DNA from: Nitrospirota bacterium
GTDB lineage: Bacteria; Nitrospirota; Thermodesulfovibrionia; Thermodesulfovibrionales; Dissulfurispiraceae
Length of the DNA: 64,000 bases
NCBI GenBank assembly: GCA_963710375.1
Contig: CAVPZX010000005.1
Location: forward strand, 256,001-320,000
Reading direction: 5' to 3'
The notes under the pieces were generated by a model that was not told the origin of the DNA, did not search any database, and saw only the letters and a list, made by a program, of their open reading frames with translations. Each line of letters opens with the position of its first letter. Position 1 is the stretch's first letter. Below, piece after piece: positions 9,823 to 18,624 of this stretch. The translations under genes and the position numbers were made by a program.

Positions 9823-11802
9823 ATGAAGATCCTCCTTGTTTTTGACGCCTCTATAAAAGTTGAATTGTCATACAATTTCAACAAGGAATCTGTTATTGAG
9901 GGAATAGACCTCTTCCCTCTTACCGGGAATCCGGCAATAATAGATAAGGTAAAAAATACTCTCTCATCTAATGCATGCCCTGTAGAGTCCCTTAACACTG
10001 CCGATATGGTCGAGAAGCAAATTGATTATCTGAAGGGGAGGATATGCAGATGGTCAGCTGATATTGGTGAATACAGGATCAGGGAGAAAAAAATTAAGGA
10101 GTGGTTTCTCTTAAAAGGCGAGAATGTCAGTACATGGTGGTTTAGCCTGCTTTCTGAAAAGAATACGGGCAAAACAGATGCTTTTTTAAAAATGGCTCAA
10201 GTACATGCCATAGATGATATTTTAAGAAGTAAATGCTATCCCTTATGCGCCATTGCGATTTCAGATAAGGAGTTAAGAAAATCTGTTCTAAATGTTGCCC
10301 ATAAATTCGGGTCAAAAATAAGAATATTGCCGACAATCCCTCCCAAAGCCCTGAAGCTTAAAATGCAAGCTATGTTAAAGCAAATGGGGATAGCAGGTGA
10401 GCTCCTTTTGGGGATTTACATCTGGCTTCGATTTTTAAACAGAAGACATCTGGCCCTTAAGCGGTTAGGGGTTAACTGCAAACGTCTTCCAAGTCCAGAC
10501 TCTCTATTATTGGTAAGCTATTTCCCGGCTGTAGAAAAAAAACCTGCACAGAGGGGAATATTTATAAATAAATATGCTTCTGCTTTGCAAGATAAACTAA
10601 AGGAGCTTAAAATCCCGATAGTATGGGTGCTTATGTACGTTCCAATTGATGGATATAAATATAGTGATGCAGTTAATTTAACTCTTGGCTTCGCTGAGAA
10701 TGGTGAAAAGGCTTTTATAGCAGAAGAATTTTTATCAACAAAAGACGCCATTAGGGGATTATTGCTTTGGCTTAAACAAATGGTCATTAGTTTTTTTTTA
10801 TTGGGTGTTGCAAAAGAACGTTTACTGTCCGGGGTGATTGGACCTGAATGCGAACCTATTATAAAGTCATTATGGAGAGTATCTTTTTGCGGGGTTATTA
10901 ATCTTGAAGCGATACTTTACTATTTTATCTTTAAATCCGGCTTTGATCAAATTCCCGGTATAAAGGATTGTCTGTATTGGTGTGAAATGCATGCATGGGA
11001 AAAAGCCTTAAATGCTGCAAAAAATCAGAAGCATTCTTATATCCGTACGATTGGTTTTCAGCATGCTCACATTTCAAAAAACCATTTCGCCTATTTTTAT
11101 GACCCGTTAGAGTTGCGGGGAGGGCGAGGAGCTGTTGATATGCCGATGCCTGATCTGGTGGCATGCAATGGAGAATATATGTGCTCTATCCTCTCAAAGT
11201 CAGGCTATCCCTGCCTTGCCAGAGTGGAAGCCCTGAGATATCTTTATATGAATAAAATTCTACTATCCGCTCAACGGGCCAAAGGAGAAAATATCCTGTT
11301 AGTAGCAGGCTCTATCATGAAAGATGAATCCGCCACCTTGCTTTCATTTGTTCATAGCGCCTTCCCCAAGGCAAGGGAATTTGGTATATGGTTTAAAGGG
11401 CATCCTCTGTTGCCTTTTGAGCAATTGTTTGAGGAACTCGGAATTGATCTATCCGAAACAGGATATCAAATCAGGCATGATCTTATCTCAGATTTGCTTG
11501 GTGAAGCTAGGACTGTTATAGTTGGTTCAAGCGGGATTGCGATGGAGGCACTAATCTTTGGATGCGAAGTGATTGTTCCAGTCTTCCCGGATTCAATAAA
11601 TATGAATCCACTTGTTGACTTTGAAAAATATTACCATAGAGTAACCTGCATAGAAGATCTTCAATTGGTAATGGAAGAGATCTCAAAAGGTGTTCGACGG
11701 AATGACATTGACGAGACCAGGGGGCTCATTAAGCACTATTGGGAAATGGACGATGCATTGCATAACTGGGAGCGACTTTTATTGTCGAACAAGAAGGACT
11801 GA
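9823..11802 (+). CDS. Surface-carbohydrate biosynthesis protein (TIGR04326/LIC13510-like), probable GT-B transferase
   Basis: 659 aa; STWWFSLLSEKN, EMHAWEKAL, IGFQH, PMPDLVACNG, VEALRYLY, KGHP motifs. Confidence 0.6.
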   Translation: MKILLVFDASIKVELSYNFNKESVIEGIDLFPLTGNPAIIDKVKNTLSSNACPVESLNTADMVEKQIDYLKGRICRWSADIGEYRIREKKIKEWFLLKGENVSTWWFSLLSEKNTGKTDAFLKMAQVHAIDDILRSKCYPLCAIAISDKELRKSVLNVAHKFGSKIRILPTIPPKALKLKMQAMLKQMGIAGELLLGIYIWLRFLNRRHLALKRLGVNCKRLPSPDSLLLVSYFPAVEKKPAQRGIFINKYASALQDKLKELKIPIVWVLMYVPIDGYKYSDAVNLTLGFAENGEKAFIAEEFLSTKDAIRGLLLWLKQMVISFFLLGVAKERLLSGVIGPECEPIIKSLWRVSFCGVINLEAILYYFIFKSGFDQIPGIKDCLYWCEMHAWEKALNAAKNQKHSYIRTIGFQHAHISKNHFAYFYDPLELRGGRGAVDMPMPDLVACNGEYMCSILSKSGYPCLARVEALRYLYMNKILLSAQRAKGENILLVAGSIMKDESATLLSFVHSAFPKAREFGIWFKGHPLLPFEQLFEELGIDLSETGYQIRHDLISDLLGEARTVIVGSSGIAMEALIFGCEVIVPVFPDSINMNPLVDFEKYYHRVTCIEDLQLVMEEISKGVRRNDIDETRGLIKHYWEMDDALHNWERLLLSNKKD

Positions 11803-12040
11803 GGACTGAGTGGAACAGCAAGGCAAGGACTGAGAGCAAAAGGAAGGACTGAGGACTGAGTGCAAAGGCAAGGAAAGGACTGAGGGCAAAAGCAAGGACT
11901 GAGGACTGAGTGGAACAGCAAGGAAAGGACTGAGGGCAAAAGGAAGGACTGAGGACTGAGTGGAACGGCAAGGCAAGGACTGAGAGCAAAAGGAAGGACT
12001 GAGGACTGAGGGCAAAGGCAAGGCAAGGACTGAGGGCAGA
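11795..12040 (+). repeat. GGACTGA-family tandem array (five ~50-nt higher-order units)
   Basis: AGGACTGAGGACTGAG starts at 11795, 11845, 11895, 11945 and 11995; purine-rich linkers between. Confidence 0.95.
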
Positions 12041-12085
12041 AAAAGGCTTGTTAGTATGCCGCAAAATAAACTATAGTCACAATTG

Positions 12086-12115
12086 TTGACACATTCAGTC
12101 CAGGATGGGTATGCT
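12086..12115 (+). promoter_or_regulatory. Putative sigma70 promoter of the TA module
   Basis: TTGACA (12086-12091), 18 nt, TATGCT (12110-12115); AGGAG RBS before ATG 12130. Confidence 0.5.
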
Positions 12116-12129
12116 GATTTCAGGAGAAC

Positions 12130-12399
12130 ATGATGAAGATAGCAACAGTAAAAGAGTTTAGGGACAAGGCAACAGCCTATTTCAAGGATGAAGAACCTGT
12201 CCTTGTTACAAGACATGGAAAGGTGACAGGCCTATACCTGCCGATAGAACATCCGGAGAGCTTTCCTGAAGAACTAAGGAAAGATCTGCTTATCCGTATA
12301 GGGGAATTAGTAAGCCGGTCACTGGAAAGAAAGGTCTTGACCGAGGAAAAGATCCTTGCAGACTTCGACTCCTATAAGAAAGCTCGCCGCAGACGCTAA
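12130..12399 (+). CDS. Phd/YefM family antitoxin
   Basis: MKIATVKEFRDKA...EPVLVTRHGK signature, 89 aa. Confidence 0.85.
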   Translation: MMKIATVKEFRDKATAYFKDEEPVLVTRHGKVTGLYLPIEHPESFPEELRKDLLIRIGELVSRSLERKVLTEEKILADFDSYKKARRRR

Positions 12400-12536
12400 T
12401 GTAATTCTGTCCGATTGAATTACTCGCTCTTGCCATGAAATTGAATGTCCCTGTCTGGACCAATGACAATGATTTTAAGCATTCCGGTATCGAAGTATTT
12501 ACCACTGCAAGATTATTAAAAGCCCTTAAGTTATAA
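12356..12536 (+). pseudogene. PIN-domain toxin remnant (internal deletion plus frameshift)
   Basis: N-terminal KLAADANVILS stops at 12418; C-terminal ELLALAMKLNVPVWTNDNDFKHSGIEVFTTARLLKALKL is in another frame (12417-12536); the middle is missing. Confidence 0.75.
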
Positions 12537-12578
12537 AAAGACAGAGGAATAAAAGACCAGGACCAAGGAATATTCGAA

Positions 12579-13547
12579 TTGAGAAGAGTCTTTATATCTA
12601 CTACGTCTTTCGGCAAGGAAGAGGGCAGTCCACTTGAATTGCTTAGGAATGCAGGGCTGGAGATCCATTTGAACCCGTATGGAAGAAAATTGACCGAAGA
12701 TGAAGCGATGGAGCTTCTATCTGATATGGATTATCTCATAGCAGGCACAGAACCCCTAACTGCCAGGGTGCTGAATTCCGCAAAAAAACTTAAGGTGATT
12801 TCGCGCTGCGGCGTCGGGATGGATAACGTTGATATGGAAGCTGCTTCTCTGTTAGGCATAAAGGTATTCAATACTCCTTATGGCCCCACGCAGTCTGTTG
12901 CCGAACTGACTGTTGGGTTGATGCTTGACTTACTTCGCAGAGTTACGGCCATGGACCGTGACGTGAGGAGAGGGACATGGAAAAAACGTATGGGCAATTT
13001 GCTGAATGGCAAGAGAGTCGGAATCATCGGTTTCGGGAAAATAGGACAAAAAGTTGCGGGGCTGCTCATGCCTTTCGGGGTCGAACTGTCTTATTGCGAT
13101 ATATGCGCCTGCGACTGCTCGCTGCCTGCCTCAGCGATGGCGATGGATGAGCTGCTTCCATGGGCTGACATTGTTACGCTCCACTGTTCCGCTCCTCAAT
13201 CATGTGGGGCTTTAATTAGGGCTGAGGAGTTGTCCAAGATGAAAAAAGGATCGTGGTTGGTGAATGCCTCCAGGGGGGGCTTGATTGATGAACAGGCCTT
13301 GTATAATGCTTTGAAAGATGGACATCTTGCAGGAGCAGCCCTCGATGTTTTTGACAAGGAGCCATACAGCGGACCACTTGCCGGGTTGGACAATGTCATT
13401 CTTACGCCGCATATCGGGTCGTATGCAAAAGAAGGGCGTATCGAAATGGAAATTCAGGCAGCGGAGAACCTCTTAAAAGGACTGAGTGAGAAAACAAGGA
13501 CTGAGGGTAAAACAAGGACTGAGTTAAAAGACAAGGACCAGGACTGA
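12579..13547 (+). CDS. D-isomer-specific 2-hydroxyacid dehydrogenase (phosphoglycerate dehydrogenase-like, no ACT domain)
   Basis: SRCGVGMDNVD, GIIGFGKIG, VNASRGGLIDE, ALDVFDKEP, LTPHIGS; last ~20 aa are repeat-derived. Confidence 0.9.
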   Translation: MRRVFISTTSFGKEEGSPLELLRNAGLEIHLNPYGRKLTEDEAMELLSDMDYLIAGTEPLTARVLNSAKKLKVISRCGVGMDNVDMEAASLLGIKVFNTPYGPTQSVAELTVGLMLDLLRRVTAMDRDVRRGTWKKRMGNLLNGKRVGIIGFGKIGQKVAGLLMPFGVELSYCDICACDCSLPASAMAMDELLPWADIVTLHCSAPQSCGALIRAEELSKMKKGSWLVNASRGGLIDEQALYNALKDGHLAGAALDVFDKEPYSGPLAGLDNVILTPHIGSYAKEGRIEMEIQAAENLLKGLSEKTRTEGKTRTELKDKDQD

Positions 13548-13631
13548 GGACTGAGTGGAAAGGTAAAACAAGGACTGAGTTAAAAGACAAGGACCAGGAC
13601 TGAGGACTGAGTGGAAAGGCAAGGACTGAGG
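13478..13631 (+). repeat. GGACTGA-family array upstream of four-helix-bundle gene 1 (includes a 56-nt tandem duplication)
   Basis: Repeated AAGGACTGAG; 56-nt unit at 13506 and 13562. Confidence 0.92.
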
Positions 13632-13632
13632 G

Positions 13633-14040
13633 ATGAGTAAAATTGAAAGGTTTGAGGATTTGATTGCCTGGCAGAAGGCAAGGGTTTTGGTAAAAGAAAT
13701 ATACCGGATTACAAAGAACCAGTATTTTTCGAAGGATTTTGCTCTTTCTGGACAGATTCAACGTGCTGCAGTATCTGTTATGTCAAACATAGCAGAGGGT
13801 TTTGAGAGGGGTGGGCGAGCAGAGTTTCACCAATTTTTAGTTATAGCTAAGGCCTCTTGTGCTGAAGTTCGTTCGCTTTTGTATGTCGCTTTAGATATCA
13901 GATATATTACAGAAGATGAATTTAACACATTCAATAATTTAGTCGTGGAGACCGGTAGAATTATTGGAGGCATACGTGTTGCAGTGCAGAAACAAAAAGA
14001 TGGAGCTAAAACAAGGACTGAAGGTAAAGGCAAGGACTGA
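13633..14040 (+). CDS. Four helix bundle protein (TIGR02436 / 23S rRNA-IVP / bAvd-like) #1
   Basis: [48 protein letters not shown] family signature. Confidence 0.93.
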   Translation: MSKIERFEDLIAWQKARVLVKEIYRITKNQYFSKDFALSGQIQRAAVSVMSNIAEGFERGGRAEFHQFLVIAKASCAEVRSLLYVALDIRYITEDEFNTFNNLVVETGRIIGGIRVAVQKQKDGAKTRTEGKGKD

Positions 14041-14230
14041 GGGTAAAACAAGGACTGAGGACTGAGGTAAAGGCAAGGACTGAGTGGAACAACAAGGACT
14101 GAGGACTGAGCGAAAAGAGCGAAAGAATCAGGACTGAGTGAAAAGACAAGGACTGAGGACTGAGGTAAAGGCAAGGACTGAGGGTAAAACAAGGACTGAG
14201 GACTGAGTGGAAAGGACTGAGAGACAAGGA
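14008..14230 (+). repeat. GGACTGA-family array downstream of four-helix-bundle gene 1
   Basis: Dense AAGGACTGAGGACTGAG copies; one copy supplies the stop codon at 14038-14040. Confidence 0.92.
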
Positions 14231-14277
14231 TTACAGCGCATGTTTATTGTTACTTTGACTTTATTCTTGTTTTTTAA

Positions 14278-14510
14278 ACTCAGTTCTCAGTCCTGGTCTT
14301 GTCCTTTAACTCAGTCCTATATTTTAAGAGTTTTTACGCTCAGTCCTCAGTCCTGGTCTTGTCTTTTAACTCAGTCCTATTTTTTAAGAGTTTTTAAACT
14401 CAGTTCTCAGTCCTGGTCTTGTCTTTTAACTCAGTCCTATTTTTTAAGAGTTTTTTACTCAGTCCTCAGTCCTCAGTCCTTGTTTTTATTAGTTTTAACT
14501 CAGTCCTTGG
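14278..14510 (-). repeat. Reverse-complement arm (TCAGTCC) with ~60-nt higher-order period
   Basis: Near-identical 60-nt units at 14281, 14341 and 14401; TCAGTCCTGGTCTTGTCTTTTAACTCAGTCC is nearly the reverse complement of the 13516-13547 unit. Confidence 0.92.
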
Positions 14511-14516
14511 TTTTTT

Positions 14517-15170
14517 ATGATTAAAGCGACTATATTCGACTTTGACGGCGTGATTCTCGAATCTGCGGGTATCAAAACGAAGGCCTTTGAAAGGCTTTTT
14601 GCCGGTGATTATCCTGATAAGGCAGAAGAAATCCTGGCTTACCATATTCGCAATGCCGGCATATCCAGGTATGTCAAATTCGATTATATATATGAGCATA
14701 TCCTTAAACAACCGCTTATGCCTGAAGAAAAAGAAGAACTTGGGAAGAAATTCTCCGATATAGTATTTGACGAAATCCTGCATACGCCTTTCGTAGCCGG
14801 TGCGGTGGAGCTGTTAGAGGGAAGCAGGAACGACTTGCTGTTCTTCATCGCTTCCGGCACTCCTGAAGAAGAGCTTCACCGCATACTAAGCCTTCGGCGC
14901 ATTGCTCATCTGTTTCGCGAGGCGCACGGTTCGCCTAAAAAAAAGCACGAGATCATACTCGATATAATGCATAGGTACGCGCTGCAGAAAGAGGAAGTTG
15001 TGTTCGTGGGCGATGCCGAAAGTGACATGAAAGCCTCAGAGCAGGCCGGTGTTGCCTTTATTGCACGGATGACTGCCGAGAATCTGGAGCAGATACAGCA
15101 TTGTCGGTGGAAAATCCCGGACCTCTCCGCACTGGAAACCGTTCTGCACGATATCGGGCGACTCAGGTGA
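14517..15170 (+). CDS. HAD family hydrolase (phosphatase)
   Basis: IFDFDGVI, ASGTP, GSPKKK, FVGDAESD motifs. Confidence 0.9.
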   Translation: MIKATIFDFDGVILESAGIKTKAFERLFAGDYPDKAEEILAYHIRNAGISRYVKFDYIYEHILKQPLMPEEKEELGKKFSDIVFDEILHTPFVAGAVELLEGSRNDLLFFIASGTPEEELHRILSLRRIAHLFREAHGSPKKKHEIILDIMHRYALQKEEVVFVGDAESDMKASEQAGVAFIARMTAENLEQIQHCRWKIPDLSALETVLHDIGRLR

Positions 15171-15196
15171 AAAAATAAATAGGCTAAAGAGCTTGT

Positions 15197-15637
15197 ATGG
15201 ATAAGATAAAGATTGACGGCATTCTTCTTACTCCTTTAAAAATCATACCGCATCCCCAAGGCGACATTTTTCACATGATGAAAAAAAGCGACGCAGGATT
15301 TTGCGGATTTGGTGAGGCATATTTTACTACCGTAAAATTTGGGGAGATCAAAGCATGGAGGAAACATTCGAGGATGACCCTTAACCTGGCAGTGCCTGCC
15401 GGAGAAGTTAAGTTTGTGATGTTTGACGACAGAAAGGGGAGTAAAACAAAGGGGTCGTTTTTTGAAGTGATATTGTCTCCCCTGAATTATAAAAGACTGA
15501 CCATTCCTCCCGGCATCTGGACCGGGTTCAAAGGTTTGAGTGACGGGCTGAACCTTGTCCTGGATGTCGCCGACCTGGAACATGACCCTTCAGAAACAGA
15601 AAGAGCGGACATTGGCAAGTTTGCTTATGGGTGGTAG
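15197..15637 (+). CDS. dTDP-4-dehydrorhamnose 3,5-epimerase-like cupin
   Basis: FGEAYFT, KAWRKH, VMFDDR, LTIPPGIWTGFKG. Confidence 0.85.
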   Translation: MDKIKIDGILLTPLKIIPHPQGDIFHMMKKSDAGFCGFGEAYFTTVKFGEIKAWRKHSRMTLNLAVPAGEVKFVMFDDRKGSKTKGSFFEVILSPLNYKRLTIPPGIWTGFKGLSDGLNLVLDVADLEHDPSETERADIGKFAYGW

Positions 15638-15643
15638 TCAAGT

Positions 15644-16585
15644 TTGAAAATTCTGATAACAGGCGGGTTGGGTTATCTGGGATCATGGCTAACCGATTTC
15701 TTTTGCAGGCATGACCATGAAGTTCATGTTTTATCAAGTTCGGACAATAAGCACATCAAGGATATAAACTACCATTTTATTAATGCTGACATAACTGCTG
15801 CGAACGAATTGGCTGCGAAATTAAGAACGAATTTTGATTGCTGCATACACGCGGCAAGCCTCAATGATTCTTTTGTGAAAGATTATCCTCAAAGGGCACT
15901 AAATGTAAATGCTTTGGGTACAAGAAATGTTCTGGCGGTTCTTGCTGATAAGGGCATAGGAAAATTTGTATATTTAAGCACATTTCATGTATATGGGAAG
16001 GACAATAGTAACATTAATGAGAACTCTCCTTTAAATCCGTCTAATGATTATGGATCAACGCATTTGTTCGGCGAGTATTATGTCAAACAGTTCTGGAACA
16101 CGCATCGCGTTCCTTTTACGATATTAAGGCCTACAAACGGCTATGGCGCCCCCAGGCAACCAGATTCTACTAAGTGGTACCTGGTAATAAACGACCTCGC
16201 AAGGTCCGCATACGAAAGAGGCGAGATAATATTAAGTTCCAACGGCCAGGCAAGCAGGGACTTTATCTGGCTTGGAGACGTTTGCAATATTATAAATAAT
16301 ATTTTACAGACGGATAAGACATGCGGGGAAGTGTTCAATGTTTCCTCCGGGAAAATTTACAGGATTATGGATATTGCCAATATAGTGAAAAATGTTTATG
16401 AAAGGAGATATGGCAGGGCTATTGAGATACGTGTCAGAAAAGACGACAAGACTGTGTATGGAGCCGATCTGCATATCAGCAACACTAAGCTCAGGTCTTA
16501 TATAGATTTCGAAATACACGAAAGAATTCCTGAAGAAGTGGAAAATATTTTTACCCTTCTGGAGGAGTCTGCTTTAAAATTATGA
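15644..16585 (+). CDS. NAD-dependent epimerase/dehydratase (4-keto-sugar reductase-like)
   Basis: ITGGLGYLGS, STFHVYG, RDFIWLGDV, FNVSSG. Confidence 0.88.
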   Translation: MKILITGGLGYLGSWLTDFFCRHDHEVHVLSSSDNKHIKDINYHFINADITAANELAAKLRTNFDCCIHAASLNDSFVKDYPQRALNVNALGTRNVLAVLADKGIGKFVYLSTFHVYGKDNSNINENSPLNPSNDYGSTHLFGEYYVKQFWNTHRVPFTILRPTNGYGAPRQPDSTKWYLVINDLARSAYERGEIILSSNGQASRDFIWLGDVCNIINNILQTDKTCGEVFNVSSGKIYRIMDIANIVKNVYERRYGRAIEIRVRKDDKTVYGADLHISNTKLRSYIDFEIHERIPEEVENIFTLLEESALKL

Positions 16586-17406
16586 GGCCTCTTGTTTCAA
16601 TCGTTACTCCCATGTTCAATGCCGAACCTTTCATAGCGGAAACCATCGAATCTGTATTGGCCCAGACTTATGAGAATTGGGAAATGCTTGTTGTCGATAA
16701 TTGTTCAACCGACAGAAGCAGGGAAGTTGTCCTCGATTATGCGAACAGGGATACACGGATCAGGCTGGTCGAACTCGATTTCAATTCAGGTGGGCCTGCC
16801 CGGCCAAGGAATATCGGCATACGGCACGCACTTGGCGACTATCTTGCCTTTTTGGATGCCGATGATATCTGGAAGCCGGAAAAACTTGAACGCCAGGTGC
16901 GCCATATGCTCGGGCATCCTGAGGTCGGGCTTTTATATTCGCCATGTCTCCCCACGCTGGGAGGAAAAATTAAGAAACAAAGTCCCAGGCGCTGGGCAAT
17001 GAAAGCCGGCCATATTTTTGAGGCGCTCTTTCTGTCAGATAATTTTATTGTATGTTCAAGTGTTCTGCTAAGGAAAGGATCCGCTATACCGCTCGAATTT
17101 GATGAGGATAGCCGAATGGTCACAGTTGAGGACTTCGACCTTTGGCTGCGAATCTCCCAGGTTGCGGTCATCGATTTCATTGCCGAACCTCTGGTTATCT
17201 ACCGGTTGCATGAGCGAAATCTCAGTTACGGAGTGACGCAGTATGGTCGCCGGATTCTGTATATGGTTGGAAAGTGGAGAGTTCGCACTTATCCGGCACT
17301 CATTTTTGCAAAGTATGGGCGGCTGATTGTAACGGTCTCCGTGATGTGCCTTATCTTTTTGATGGAAAAGGTAAGGGGGTTGATCCATAGTCGGCGTGCC
17401 TATTGA
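16582..17406 (+). CDS. Glycosyltransferase family 2
   Basis: VSIVTPMFN, VVDNCSTD, AFLDADD, EDFDLWLR. Confidence 0.93.
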   Translation: MRPLVSIVTPMFNAEPFIAETIESVLAQTYENWEMLVVDNCSTDRSREVVLDYANRDTRIRLVELDFNSGGPARPRNIGIRHALGDYLAFLDADDIWKPEKLERQVRHMLGHPEVGLLYSPCLPTLGGKIKKQSPRRWAMKAGHIFEALFLSDNFIVCSSVLLRKGSAIPLEFDEDSRMVTVEDFDLWLRISQVAVIDFIAEPLVIYRLHERNLSYGVTQYGRRILYMVGKWRVRTYPALIFAKYGRLIVTVSVMCLIFLMEKVRGLIHSRRAY

Positions 17407-17421
17407 CCTCCGGTTCAGAAT

Positions 17422-18624
17422 ATGAAACATGACGCTAAAGAGCTAAAGCCCAGAGTGTGCGTAGTATCGCCCCTTTATCATCCATCTCTGGGAGGCCTGG
17501 GAAGGCAAGGGCAACGTCTAACCGAAGAACTGGCGGAAGATGGCGTGAGTATTTTCGTGATAGCGCGAAGGATGAAAGGCATGCCACGCGCTGAATTCAG
17601 CCCGAAAGTGAAAGTCTACCGGGCGTGGTCCCTTAAGCCTTATCTCCACACCTTTGAGGACATCACGCTTACGAACGTTCTTGTTTCCCTCTCCTTTTGC
17701 ATAAGCTGCGCAATATTGCTCATCCGCAAAAGGAAAGAGTATGATATCGTTCATTTCCACGGCGCAAGTCTCCCGCTTGTTTTTAATGTGCCGCTTCTGA
17801 AGTGTATCGGCAAAAAAATCATCGCTCTGGTAGTCAGCAGCGGCTTTGGCACAGAAGCGGGGTCTCTTCGAGGGAAACATTTCGGGCTGGGCAACCTGCT
17901 AATCAAAATACTCAGGGCTGTGGACATCTTTGTTGCTATGACCACGGAAATCGAGAACGGCCTGTTATCAGATGGGTTTTCTGGAGCCAGGATCGTAAGA
18001 ATCCCCAACTTTATCGATTTTAATGCTTTTTCGCCTGTCAGTCCGGAGATAAAAAGAAAAATGCGTACAGCAGCGAATATGGAGAGTGCAATTATAGTGG
18101 TATTTACCGGCAGGCTTATCAAGTGCAAGGGAGTGGATGTGCTTCTCGAAGCCTGGACTGATGTTGCAAAACGCCATAGCGATGTGCGCTTGTTTATAGT
18201 TGGAGATGGTCTCATGAAGACGGAGTTGAGTGAGCTGGCAGCACAATACGGCATACTGCAGTCAGTTGTATTTGTCGGCTTTTCCACCGCGGTCAAAGAT
18301 TTTCTTAATATGGCTGATATCTTTGTGTTTCCCTCTCTGCACGAGGGCATGCCCAACTCGCTTCTGGAAGCAATGGCATGCAGGCTCCCGGTTGTGGCGA
18401 CGAACATAGGCGGTGTCACTGATTTTGTAAAAGATGGAGAGAACGGCTTGCTTGCAGAGCCTGGAGATTCTGTCGGCCTTGCCAGGGGGATAGACAGACT
18501 TATTGAAAATCAAGAACTTTCGGAACATATTGCAAATAATGGATACGAGACGATAAGAAAAAGCTACAGCCTCGACTGCATTGCTCAGCGATATGCCGAT
18601 TTATACAATAGTATGGCCATATGA
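17422..18624 (+). CDS. Glycosyltransferase family 4
   Basis: FTGRLIKCKG, PSLHEGMPNSLLEAMA, PVVATNIGG. Confidence 0.93.
   Translation: MKHDAKELKPRVCVVSPLYHPSLGGLGRQGQRLTEELAEDGVSIFVIARRMKGMPRAEFSPKVKVYRAWSLKPYLHTFEDITLTNVLVSLSFCISCAILLIRKRKEYDIVHFHGASLPLVFNVPLLKCIGKKIIALVVSSGFGTEAGSLRGKHFGLGNLLIKILRAVDIFVAMTTEIENGLLSDGFSGARIVRIPNFIDFNAFSPVSPEIKRKMRTAANMESAIIVVFTGRLIKCKGVDVLLEAWTDVAKRHSDVRLFIVGDGLMKTELSELAAQYGILQSVVFVGFSTAVKDFLNMADIFVFPSLHEGMPNSLLEAMACRLPVVATNIGGVTDFVKDGENGLLAEPGDSVGLARGIDRLIENQELSEHIANNGYETIRKSYSLDCIAQRYADLYNSMAI

Noticed and set aside
11795..12040. CRISPR array
   Set aside because: The linkers are short, near-identical and low-complexity rather than unique spacers, and there are no cas genes in the window. 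The same applies to 14281-14460 and 62620-62830.
12579..13547. Housekeeping serA
   Set aside because: It lacks the regulatory ACT domain and sits in a glycan pathway context, so the gene symbol was withheld.
13633..14040. Diversity-generating retroelement or 23S rRNA intervening sequence
   Set aside because: No reverse transcriptase, no TR/VR pair with adenine-specific differences and no rRNA sequence are in the window; only the protein fold family is shared.
11729..14524. Minus-strand and alternate-frame ORFs rich in LSPQS/SVL (11729-12216, 13402-13761, 13827-14227, 14207-14524)
   Set aside because: They are translations of the stop-poor strand of the repeat arrays, with no independent coding evidence.
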